The notes below the pieces were generated by a model, which saw only the letters and a program-made list of their open reading frames with translations, was not told the DNA's origin and made no database searches. A DNA stretch of 32,592 nt from a virus. Taxonomy: Duplodnaviria; Caudoviricetes. The stretch covers positions 1 through 32,592 of IMG/VR virus record IMGVR_UViG_3300005611_000126. One strand, written 5' to 3'. The translations under genes and the position numbers were made by a program. Shown piece after piece: positions 18,409 through 25,716 of this stretch (positions within the stretch are counted from its first letter, which is position 1; every line of letters begins with the position of its first letter).

Positions 18409-18605
18409 CTCAATATAAAGACATGATAGACCAGGCCCGGCAATTGCTCAGAACGGAACGGGAAAACGCACCAAGCATGAGTAAAGACTTCAGCAAAGAC
18501 TATTGGATTTTAACTTATCCATGCGGGAAGATTGTTAAAACTTATCAGGATAAACGCAAGAAAGATATCGTTATCCAGGAATCATATAGCGGGGGTGAAT
18601 TATGA
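18405..18605 (+). CDS. early hypothetical protein
   Basis: 66 aa, GAGG RBS, ATGA coupling. Confidence 0.7.
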   Translation: MTQYKDMIDQARQLLRTERENAPSMSKDFSKDYWILTYPCGKIVKTYQDKRKKDIVIQESYSGGEL

Positions 18606-18757
18606 GCAGAGGATGTTGTAATGAGTGTGGCTATAAAGCTGATTATATTATTGATAATAATAATTATGCAGATAATGGCTACAAAGATTTAAACCAAGTG
18701 CCAAAAGATAAAATGCTTTGTGGCGTATGTTATGAGGAGAACGAAAATGATAGTTAA
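18602..18757 (+). CDS. 51-aa zinc-finger microprotein
   Basis: read by hand: MSRGCCNECGYKAD...MLCGVCYEENENDS; two CxxC pairs. Confidence 0.7.
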   Translation: MSRGCCNECGYKADYIIDNNNYADNGYKDLNQVPKDKMLCGVCYEENENDS

Positions 18758-18869
18758 TCTAATACAACGCATTAAACAATTTATGGGTAAGTGTCCAAGT
18801 TGCAAAGGCTTTGGCACCATGCCGGACGGAACAACTTGCCGGGATTGTTGGGGGTCCGGGCGTGATTGA
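18747..18869 (+). CDS. 40-aa DnaJ-type (CxxCxGxG) zinc-finger microprotein
   Basis: read by hand: MIVNLIQRIKQFMGKCPSCKGFGTMPDGTTCRDCWGSGRD; GAGGAG RBS. Confidence 0.7.
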   Translation: MIVNLIQRIKQFMGKCPSCKGFGTMPDGTTCRDCWGSGRD

Positions 18870-18963
18870 AATAATAGGCTACATCTTCGGTATTGGTTTT
18901 CTCATATGGCTTATCGCCTTTATCATTCTTTATGCGGTAGCCAAGCACTACGAGAACAGATAA
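18862..18963 (+). CDS. 33-aa single-TM microprotein
   Basis: GTG start; MIEIIGYIFGIGFLIWLIAFIILYAVAKHYENR. Confidence 0.6.
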   Translation: MIEIIGYIFGIGFLIWLIAFIILYAVAKHYENR

Positions 18964-18972
18964 TCAATACCC

Positions 18973-19023
18973 GGGGCGAATGTTTAGGGTTTTTCTCCAA
19001 TCCCCTTGAACGCATCTCGCCCC
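18973..19023 (+). other. long imperfect hairpin at the end of the early operon (terminator or processing site)
   Basis: GGGGCGA...TCGCCCC outer stem with inner ATGTTTAGGG / CCCTTGAACGCAT pairing. Confidence 0.5.
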
Positions 19024-19164
19024 ACCTTTAATATTTAACCATGCAACGCACGAACGATAAATCCCCACGCACGAACGAAGATCCGCACCACCCCGTCTGC
19101 ACGAACGGATATGACGAATACCCAATCGATCCGGCCATCCTACAACAGGCAGAAAACTATACTT

Positions 19165-19608
19165 TCAGCGATCCCCTTGCTCAGACAATTCTTCGATCAT
19201 TACGACACCCAGGCCCACGAGCAACAAATGTTTCCGGACGCCCGGTTTCGCTTGTTTAACGATCCTACGCTCACCCTCGACCGCTATCCATAAGATCCCC
19301 GCATCCACCAACTCATCCACGCAACGCCCGACTGTGCGTCTATTCAACCCGGTCATCTTGCCATAATAAACATACGCATCATGCGAGGAACAGCTTAAAA
19401 TTCTGTGCCTTTCGCAGATGGACCATAAAACGAGCTTGGTTGCCGGGCGTAAGGATGTATCTCCCGCACGGGAACGAAACCATTTCCACACGCACGATTT
19501 CAATTTCGAATAACTCTTATACTTACTCAGCACGGACGCACGAACGCATCCGGATTCACTCTCTTTATCCGGGATAGAATTTTCAATCCACCAGAACTGA
19601 TCGCTCAT
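19165..19608 (-). CDS. winged-HTH protein, Rep/replication-initiator-like
   Basis: LRPATKLVLWSICER...YYGKMTGLNRRTVGRCVDELVDAGILW is an HTH_36-like pattern; last gene of the replication operon. Confidence 0.7.
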   Translation of the reverse strand: MSDQFWWIENSIPDKESESGCVRASVLSKYKSYSKLKSCVWKWFRSRAGDTSLRPATKLVLWSICERHRILSCSSHDAYVYYGKMTGLNRRTVGRCVDELVDAGILWIAVEGERRIVKQAKPGVRKHLLLVGLGVVMIEELSEQGDR

Positions 19609-19625
19609 TCATACACTCGCTGAAT

Positions 19626-19655
19626 ATAGGGAGGCCCTTCCAGGGGCCTTCCTAT
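19626..19655 (+). terminator. GC-rich hairpin, likely a plus-strand terminator
   Basis: ATAGGGAGGCCCT-TCCA-GGGGCCTTCCTAT followed by T-rich TTGTCTTGTTT; G:U pairs are compatible with the plus strand. Confidence 0.55.
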
Positions 19656-19675
19656 TTGTCTTGTTTGGGATATAT

Positions 19676-19741
19676 GGTACATCTAGTACCCTTCATAGGT
19701 ACTACTAGTGCCATAGTATGGTACTACTAGTGCCATTAAAC
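19676..19741. repeat. three 22-bp tandem iteron-like repeats
   Basis: GGTAC starts at 19676, 19698, 19720; GGTACATCTAGTACCC / GGTACTACTAGTGCCA / GGTACTACTAGTGCCA. Confidence 0.8.
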
Positions 19742-19746
19742 GAGAA

Positions 19747-19847
19747 GATTGTGCAACCAGGCATGGAGAAATTACCCCATTTTGGGGGGTAGAGCCGGGG
19801 TAATTCTCATCATTAATTAAGGAGATTAGATTCCCGATTGCACAATC
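19747..19847 (-). ncRNA. putative structured RNA (about 100 nt)
   Basis: 15-bp closing stem GATTGTGCAATCGGG / CCTGGTTGCACAATC with two G:U pairs on the minus strand; inner stem GAGAATTACCCC / GGGGTAATTTCTC. Confidence 0.55.
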
Positions 19848-19861
19848 AAAGTTTAACATTA

Positions 19862-20032
19862 TTACTTGTGATTACCGAAAGCTAATTGATGAATAATATT
19901 CTCAATCGATTTAAGGTTTCGCTTATCTTCCATGGTTGGCTTGGCCTTCTTAATGATAGGTTTACCATGTTCTGCTAACGCATTAATAATTAACTGCACT
20001 TCTTTATCACTTGCTTGAATTTTTACTAACAT
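19862..20032 (-). CDS. 56-aa hypothetical protein
   Basis: read by hand: MLVKIQASDKEVQLIINALAEHGKPIIKKAKPTMEDKRNLKSIENIIHQLAFGNHK; AAGGA RBS. Confidence 0.65.
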   Translation of the reverse strand: MLVKIQASDKEVQLIINALAEHGKPIIKKAKPTMEDKRNLKSIENIIHQLAFGNHK

Positions 20033-20135
20033 CTTTATTTTCCTTTTTCTTTTTCTTGTTAAATATTCTATCGAAGTTATCTCGATATTCTTTGGTATAA
20101 ATTAGATCCCTTGGTTTATCTCCCTTCCCGCTCAT
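20007..20135 (-). CDS. 42-aa basic microprotein (GKGxKPR...NFDRIF type)
   Basis: read by hand: MSGKGDKPRDLIYTKEYRDNFDRIFNKKKKENKDVSKNSSK; GGAGG RBS. Confidence 0.65.
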   Translation of the reverse strand: MSGKGDKPRDLIYTKEYRDNFDRIFNKKKKKENKDVSKNSSK

Positions 20136-20190
20136 TCGATCCTCCTGGTAATTGTTCCGCATCAAACCATCCGCATGGGTAATTAATCAT
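20116..20190 (-). CDS. 24-aa possible microprotein
   Basis: MINYPCGWFDAEQLPGGSNEREGR; overlaps the stop of the upstream gene, GGGAG upstream. Confidence 0.4.
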   Translation of the reverse strand: MINYPCGWFDAEQLPGGSNEREGR

Positions 20191-20341
20191 TATCTTTTCT
20201 CCCGGTTATTATTTCAAAATGATTGAGGGTGTTATCCTCAATCGCCTGTTTAAACTTTTCCTTTAACTGATCCTGGTTTAGATCTATGGCACCATCCATG
20301 TAAATGACTGCCTTGACTGTATCCTGGTTAATTTTGCTCAT
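20183..20341 (-). CDS. small hypothetical protein
   Basis: start MSKINQD directly after the primase-helicase stop. Confidence 0.65.
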   Translation of the reverse strand: MSKINQDTVKAVIYMDGAIDLNQDQLKEKFKQAIEDNTLNHFEIITGRKDND

Positions 20342-20342
20342 A

Positions 20343-22178
20343 TTAAAAATCAAAGTTAATGTTTTTCTTTTCATAAACTTCTAGGACTGCCTCACGCCTT
20401 ATCAATGTCATGGCATTGGTATCCATTTCACTAGAGTTAGCTTTAACCACCTGGAAATTTACAACTCTGGTTCTATCAAACTCTAATCCCTCATCCGCAC
20501 AAATATTTTCCGCAGTCTTTTCATCTACCAAAGATATTGTGGCGGCCATCCTCATTCCGTCCACGATAGCGGCGGAGCCCCTTATTGACGAACGAGAATC
20601 CCAACTTGATTCCTGGGTCTGCAATCCGGCCTTGCTCATATGATGGATAGATAAAACGGAACACTCAAACTTTGATGCAATGGAAGAACAGAACTGACAA
20701 TACAATTGAGCCGCTTCCTGGCTCGTTGTAATAGGTGCTGCAACAAAAGATTGTATTGGATCTATCACAACCAAAGATAAATCTGGAATGGTTGAGATCT
20801 CATTGATTAACTCATGGGCCTCGGGTGTTAGATCTAATCCCCTGGCATCATCTTTTAATAATATTAATGGTTTAGGTGCATCCGGAACTGTATAGGCAAA
20901 AACGTCATACTCCGCATCAAATCTTTTATCGCCTTTATCTAACGCTTTGGTCCTTCTAAAGACTTCACTTCTATCATCCTCGGCCATTAACATTAAAACA
21001 TTACCGGCATTTTTAATTGGTTTATTTAACCAGGTGCCTTGCCCTTGTGATACTTTGATCGCTAGATCTAAGGCCAACATACTTTTACCAACACCACCAA
21101 CTGCCGCCAATAAACTAGGTTTAGATTTTTCTAACAATCCCTCAACCAACCAGGAACGAGGCGGTGGTTCACCCTTTAATTGTTTAATAGAGAAACTTCT
21201 AATGCCTAAACCCTGATCGCTTATCTCTAACTTAACTGCATCTAGGCCTTGTTTAATAGCCAAATCATTGAAATCACCTTCAATGGATGGAATTCTAACC
21301 AAACAATTGTAATATCTGGTGGCTATTTCTTCCGCTTTCTTGCGTCCAATATCAGTTTTATCATTATCAAAGGCTAAATAGATCCTGGCGTCCGTCTTTT
21401 TTCTTATGTTTTCTACCGCATCATTACCAAAGTTAGCTGAAAAAACACAAGCCACGGGTATTTGTGTTGCATCCCATACGCTTACGCCTGTAGCCATGCC
21501 TTCAACCACGACCAACGATTCAACTTTGTTTAAAGAATTAAAATCAGTACCAATTAAAAAGATATTGCCTTTAACTTGACCGGCAGAGACAAACCTTTTA
21601 GATCCATCTTCCTGGATATATTGCAATGATCTAATCTCACCATCTAAATTATAGATAGGCACGACCAAAGATTTATTGTGTAGTTTTAAAGAATAACTTT
21701 TGATTTTTTTAGCTTCCAGGTAAGGATGCTTGATAACCTCTGAGTAAGTTTTAAAACGATTCTGACAATCTTTTGCGACTTCCTCATACCTTTGTAGCTT
21801 TTGTTTCTTGGCCTCTTCCTGGGCCTGTTGCATCTTTAACTGTAGATCTTGTCTTTCATTTGGAGTAAGTGTATTGATCTGGACAGAACTCCATTTGTAT
21901 TCCGCCCCCGTTCTCCAATTTCCGTAAGTTGCGAATATGTGATTATGAACAACATTAATGACATACCAACCTGATTTCTCATTACCTTTATCCGGCCTCA
22001 CTCCCGGAGTTGCTTGTACTGGGATCCTTACCAGATCACCGCTTGTGTTTAGAAAGCCGACATTTAATCCTATTGTCTGCATTTCTGCAATAAGATCAGC
22101 TTCATTGCCTCTATTTTTTTCTAAATAACTCTTATCTTTATTCAGTCCGTGTCTTATCTTGTATTTTGTAAGATCCAT
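20343..22178 (-). CDS. primase-helicase (TOPRIM plus RecA-like AAA_25/RepA-type helicase)
   Basis: HPYL..K, SLQYI..DGSKRF, VVEGMATG, AFDND (TOPRIM); Walker A AVGGVGKS, LMAED, VVIDPI, IHHMSK, IRGSAA. Confidence 0.9.
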   Translation of the reverse strand: MDLTKYKIRHGLNKDKSYLEKNRGNEADLIAEMQTIGLNVGFLNTSGDLVRIPVQATPGVRPDKGNEKSGWYVINVVHNHIFATYGNWRTGAEYKWSSVQINTLTPNERQDLQLKMQQAQEEAKKQKLQRYEEVAKDCQNRFKTYSEVIKHPYLEAKKIKSYSLKLHNKSLVVPIYNLDGEIRSLQYIQEDGSKRFVSAGQVKGNIFLIGTDFNSLNKVESLVVVEGMATGVSVWDATQIPVACVFSANFGNDAVENIRKKTDARIYLAFDNDKTDIGRKKAEEIATRYYNCLVRIPSIEGDFNDLAIKQGLDAVKLEISDQGLGIRSFSIKQLKGEPPPRSWLVEGLLEKSKPSLLAAVGGVGKSMLALDLAIKVSQGQGTWLNKPIKNAGNVLMLMAEDDRSEVFRRTKALDKGDKRFDAEYDVFAYTVPDAPKPLILLKDDARGLDLTPEAHELINEISTIPDLSLVVIDPIQSFVAAPITTSQEAAQLYCQFCSSIASKFECSVLSIHHMSKAGLQTQESSWDSRSSIRGSAAIVDGMRMAATISLVDEKTAENICADEGLEFDRTRVVNFQVVKANSSEMDTNAMTLIRREAVLEVYEKKNINFDF

Positions 22179-22560
22179 CTACCCCGTTCCTTGCCCTTTC
22201 ATTGGCGTGTTTTAAATATTCCCTGGTATAACTCTCAAAAAAATTGACCCTATCGTCCTCACTCCAATCACGAAACGCCCAACTTTTATTTTTAACAGAA
22301 AATTCCTTATATCTTTCTTTCAGTTTAGATTTAGCATGAAGAACACCGGCCCTAGATACTTGTGCCACCTTAGGCGATCTATTACCTTTCTTAATCTCTT
22401 CTTGATGTTCCATGCTACAGGCTCCAAACCATTTACCATCAACCTCGACCAGAAGAGGCCCTACTGGATCGCCACAGCAACCGCATAGTGAGGGCCTATC
22501 TGATTCTAAAAAGTTAAAATGGGATGTTTTCTTCGACTTGACTGTTGGAAACAGGCTCAT
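22138..22560 (-). CDS. hypothetical protein with Cys motif (start uncertain)
   Basis: RPSLCGCC...ACSMEH; lies between SSB and primase. Confidence 0.6.
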   Translation of the reverse strand: MSLFPTVKSKKTSHFNFLESDRPSLCGCCGDPVGPLLVEVDGKWFGACSMEHQEEIKKGNRSPKVAQVSRAGVLHAKSKLKERYKEFSVKNKSWAFRDWSEDDRVNFFESYTREYLKHANERARNGVDGSYKIQDKTRTE

Positions 22561-22969
22561 CCACCTTTACTTCTTTTGTTGACTTAGGTGCTGACCACCC
22601 CTTGCCTTTCATATCATCAATAGCAATGTAGCCTTTTGCATCTTTAACTGCGTGTGCTCTTACTCTTGAACCAACCATAGCGGAACTATCATCCGGAAAA
22701 CCATCCGGAAATCCACAGGCTAGTGCCAATCCATGCAATGATGATAGACCAAGGTTAATCGCACCTTCACTTGTATCATGGTCTACTGTAAAAGCATGAC
22801 CAATCATAAAGTTAGGTTTATCAACGACTCTAAAGAGAACCTTTAAAGCCACCCATCCATTCTTACCCTGGATTTCCTCATCAGAAACATATTCAAAATC
22901 ATATGTTCCTGGTTCGAGTTCTTCCAAAATACTACTTTCGGCCTGAGCCTTATACTTACTTAAATCCAT
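22514..22969 (-). CDS. single-stranded DNA-binding protein (DUF669-like)
   Basis: LEPGTYDF OB-fold-like start, acidic C-terminal EENIPF tail; downstream of a Sak4-like ATPase; AAGGAG RBS. Confidence 0.7.
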   Translation of the reverse strand: MDLSKYKAQAESSILEELEPGTYDFEYVSDEEIQGKNGWVALKVLFRVVDKPNFMIGHAFTVDHDTSEGAINLGLSSLHGLALACGFPDGFPDDSSAMVGSRVRAHAVKDAKGYIAIDDMKGKGWSAPKSTKEVKVDEPVSNSQVEENIPF

Positions 22970-22978
22970 ATATACTCC

Positions 22979-23179
22979 TTATCCTGGATCGTAGCTGTGA
23001 TAGTCCGAGATATATTCCACGAACTCTTCACAGTCTTGGTTAATACAAATAAGTTGATGTAAGCCATCGAGAGGCAAATCGTTGTTATCCGGATCCATGC
23101 TATCAATCAAAGGATTTAATAACTTTTGGATCTTAGCCATAACACGCTTTGTTCTTTCGACTTCCCCCAACTTACTCAC
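22979..23179 (-). CDS. small hypothetical protein
   Basis: probable GTG start at 23179 overlapping the upstream stop; acidic C-terminus. Confidence 0.6.
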   Translation of the reverse strand: MSKLGEVERTKRVMAKIQKLLNPLIDSMDPDNNDLPLDGLHQLICINQDCEEFVEYISDYHSYDPG

Positions 23180-23918
23180 CTTTATCTTCCCCCAACATAG
23201 CCTTTCTAATTTCCGGCCATGAGAAGGGAAGAACATCCGGTAATGCGTACCTATTTTTTGCAAGATAGGCAGGTTTCTCACGACAGTAAGCAACCACATC
23301 CCCGGCCACCGCTTTTGTTGTCATTGTTCCACCTTTCCCCTGGACCTTAACAGTACCAAGTTTATAGTTTGCAAAGAAACAACAATCGCTGTGTTCTAAA
23401 ATCAAATCTGCGGCCTTGCGGTGCAGTTTTAATTCATGTCTATCAAAAGCCTCAATCTCTGGAGACTCAAATCTTTTAATCTGATTATGTGCAATCTGCA
23501 AAATAATCATACCCTTATCTTCACGCAAGATATTTAATAGATCTATGTATTGACGCCAATATCTCAACACCTCAACATAACCTTTACCATATCCAGGTTG
23601 TTCAATCGATTTCCAACCATTGTCTTGACAGGCTTTATCCCATATCAGTGGTTCTAACCAATCTAATGAATCAATAACCACAGTTTTGAATTCGTGATCT
23701 TCGTCAATAAGGCTTTGTAAATGGCCCATGACTTCATCAAAAGATTTACATAAATCAAATTGTGGTGCATCAATTGTACCCATACCATCTTCAGTCAATA
23801 TGAAAATTGGTTTTGGCATCTGTGAACCAAAATAAGTTTTACCTACTCCGGCCCCACCATAGGCAACAATCCTAGGTGGTTTTTGTTTTGACTTAGTTCT
23901 TATATCAGCTAGACTCAT
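23172..23918 (-). CDS. Sak4-like AAA_24 ATPase / single-strand annealing protein
   Basis: Walker A YGGAGVGKT, TVVIDSLDWLE, GYGKGY, IAH, AKNRY motifs. Confidence 0.85.
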   Translation of the reverse strand: MSLADIRTKSKQKPPRIVAYGGAGVGKTYFGSQMPKPIFILTEDGMGTIDAPQFDLCKSFDEVMGHLQSLIDEDHEFKTVVIDSLDWLEPLIWDKACQDNGWKSIEQPGYGKGYVEVLRYWRQYIDLLNILREDKGMIILQIAHNQIKRFESPEIEAFDRHELKLHRKAADLILEHSDCCFFANYKLGTVKVQGKGGTMTTKAVAGDVVAYCREKPAYLAKNRYALPDVLPFSWPEIRKAMLGEDKGE

Positions 23919-24160
23919 TCAACCACCTCAACTTTATTATCATCACCCTCAACAGCTTCTTTCAAAGCATTGCTGTAGTGCCTTCCAAGTATCTCTAACT
24001 TCTCGACTTCAAAGTTAGCGTTAGCAATCACATCTAGTCTTTGTTTATTAACAAGTGTGACTTTGTTATATAGAATCTTATTTTCATCTGATAAGTCTTC
24101 TACTTTGTATTCTTTACCATCTTCATCAAAGGTAAAGGTTAGTTCTTTTTCTTCAGACAT
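23915..24160 (-). CDS. small acidic hypothetical protein
   Basis: 81 aa, GKEYKVEDLSDE.K plus coiled coil; coupled to both neighbours. Confidence 0.7.
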   Translation of the reverse strand: MSEEKELTFTFDEDGKEYKVEDLSDENKILYNKVTLVNKQRLDVIANANFEVEKLEILGRHYSNALKEAVEGDDNKVEVVE

Positions 24161-24897
24161 TATTTTTCTCCCGTATTAAGTTTAAAAGTTTCACAAAGAC
24201 TGCGTCCATTACAGAATTTGCAATGATCCCCAAATACATATTTAGGGTTTTCATCCATACAAGCATCCGCCCGTGGTTTCAGAAAATCGAATCCCCAGTT
24301 AGCAAGATTTTCCCCGGTGGTTTCCCATGTCTTAACCGCCCGTTCTTTCTTTACTCCTCTAGGTTGAACTATCGTTAGTTCCATAATTGTTTCAGCATTG
24401 CCATACCTGGTTAATGCACCCAGGCCATAGATCATTAGCTGTTTGTTATATTCCGGTGAGACTTGCCATTTACCAGATTTTAAATCTATTACACATATGC
24501 GACCTTCTGAAAGAATAATTGCATCAGCAGTACCCCATATGTTTTCACTTATCTCTTCCATTGAAACTTGTTCTTCAATTAACAATTTACCATTAAGGTC
24601 TTTTGTTCTTGTTTCTACATAGTCTGTGTAGATCTTTGCACAATCGATCATTTCTTGATCTATCTCTATCTCAAAGTCCTCAACCATTTCAACTTTGCCA
24701 AGCCAATAATCTTCTAAAGATATGTCACCATCTAAATGTCCTTTCATTAATATCTCAGACATCTGGTGAACCAAAGTTCCAGTCACAGCCGGGATGCTTG
24801 TGGTGTACGGAACTTGTGCCGCCAACTTAGGCATACCAGGACAGACAGTCCATTTGTCTGACGCTGAAGGGGATAGTAGTGCGTGTTTACTAGGCAT
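24160..24897 (-). CDS. DUF2800 / Cas4-like PD-(D/E)XK exonuclease
   Basis: HALLSPSAS.KW..CPG, GT.VH, WGTAD, IDLKSG, QLMIY, IVQPR, HCKFC...C. Confidence 0.85.
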   Translation of the reverse strand: MPSKHALLSPSASDKWTVCPGMPKLAAQVPYTTSIPAVTGTLVHQMSEILMKGHLDGDISLEDYWLGKVEMVEDFEIEIDQEMIDCAKIYTDYVETRTKDLNGKLLIEEQVSMEEISENIWGTADAIILSEGRICVIDLKSGKWQVSPEYNKQLMIYGLGALTRYGNAETIMELTIVQPRGVKKERAVKTWETTGENLANWGFDFLKPRADACMDENPKYVFGDHCKFCNGRSLCETFKLNTGEK

Positions 24898-25102
24898 TAT
24901 TGGAAATGTAAGATTCTTTTTCTATTCTTTTAACATCATCAAGATCATACAAAATGGTGCCGGTTATTTTCCAATAACCAGGTCCAATACCTTTTGATCT
25001 TTTATTGTCTATTGTTTTTTTGCTAACACCCCAGCGTTTGGATAGTTCGTCAGCATCTATAGTGTTATTGATGTCAAATTCTTTCAGATCTTTTATTTCC
25101 AT
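24890..25102 (-). CDS. AlpA/Xis-like HTH DNA-binding protein
   Basis: ELSKRWGVSKKTIDN.RSKG.GP.Y.KI...ILY.LDDV. Confidence 0.8.
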   Translation of the reverse strand: MEIKDLKEFDINNTIDADELSKRWGVSKKTIDNKRSKGIGPGYWKITGTILYDLDDVKRIEKESYISNNA

Positions 25103-25105
25103 AAA

Positions 25106-25163
25106 TTTCCCTTTTCTCAGATTTCACCTATAATACCTCAATATTACTAATAATGGTAATATT
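25106..25163. promoter_or_regulatory. divergent promoter region with inverted-repeat operator
   Basis: TATAAT at 25129-25134 (+); AATATTACTA-ATAA-TGGTAATATT inverted repeat at 25140-25163 between divergent genes. Confidence 0.5.
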
Positions 25164-25186
25164 TATTTAAAAAATAAGGAGTATTT

Positions 25187-25492
25187 ATGTCAATAGACAA
25201 AGCTACACCACAGGACTGGGATCAAGCAAGAGATCGCTTGGCCTCCAACAACCAGGTAGGTGGAGATCACTACAATAAGGGAACCAAGATTGAGCCGATA
25301 GATTACATAGTCGCAAACAATATTGGTTGGTGTTTGGGGAATGTAATTAAACTTGTGACCAGAGATAAGCATGACAAGATTGAAGATCTTATGAAGGCCA
25401 AGCATTACATAGACCTGGAACTTGAAAAGGTTTACGGGTTAGATAGTGATGGTAATAAGATACCAGAGGAGCTATTAAAAAAATCCTTATAG
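25187..25492 (+). CDS. DUF3310 (SaV-like) protein
   Basis: QVGGDHY..IEPIDYI...GNVIK..R...EDL.KAKHYID motif; AAGGAG RBS. Confidence 0.85.
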   Translation: MSIDKATPQDWDQARDRLASNNQVGGDHYNKGTKIEPIDYIVANNIGWCLGNVIKLVTRDKHDKIEDLMKAKHYIDLELEKVYGLDSDGNKIPEELLKKSL

Positions 25493-25500
25493 GAGTAATA

Positions 25501-25716
25501 ATGAACTTATCTGATTTTGATGATCCGGTATTAAATGAAAGGAATAACAATACACCTGTTTATATAAATAGATACATTGCTCGTTCTTTGATTGATGTAG
25601 CTGGATCAAAAAATAAAGATCCTCAAGCGTTAGCGGAGTATTTCCTACAAATAGGAATAAACTCCGTTAAGCATTATCAGGGTCAAGAAGTTAAATTTGA
25701 TATTGAAAGTCTTTAA
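25501..25716 (+). CDS. small protein, possible ribbon-helix-helix regulator
   Basis: 71 aa, AGGAG RBS, TPVYIN strand followed by two helices. Confidence 0.6.
   Translation: MNLSDFDDPVLNERNNNTPVYINRYIARSLIDVAGSKNKDPQALAEYFLQIGINSVKHYQGQEVKFDIESL

Noticed and set aside
19041-19293. Plus-strand ORFs 19041-19259 and 19111-19293
   Set aside because: No SD, they overlap the HTH gene antisense, and the RTN repeats simply reflect the ACGCACGAACG DNA motif; 19041 cannot be excluded but is not supported
19676-19741. Tandem repeats as a mini CRISPR array
   Set aside because: Period is only 22 bp, with no spacers of CRISPR length and no cas operon; the Cas4-like nuclease is a standard phage recombination gene. 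No CRISPR array exists anywhere in the window, and the zero-confidence entry at 10452-10706 is withdrawn
24890-25102. Excisionase implying lysogeny
   Set aside because: No integrase or att-like site seen; AlpA/Xis-like HTH genes are common in such replication modules
15650-25500. General enrichment of all palindromes (GGCC, GATC)
   Set aside because: These also occur regularly in the structural region; the by-eye contrast is much weaker than for CCWGG/CCGG and needs computation
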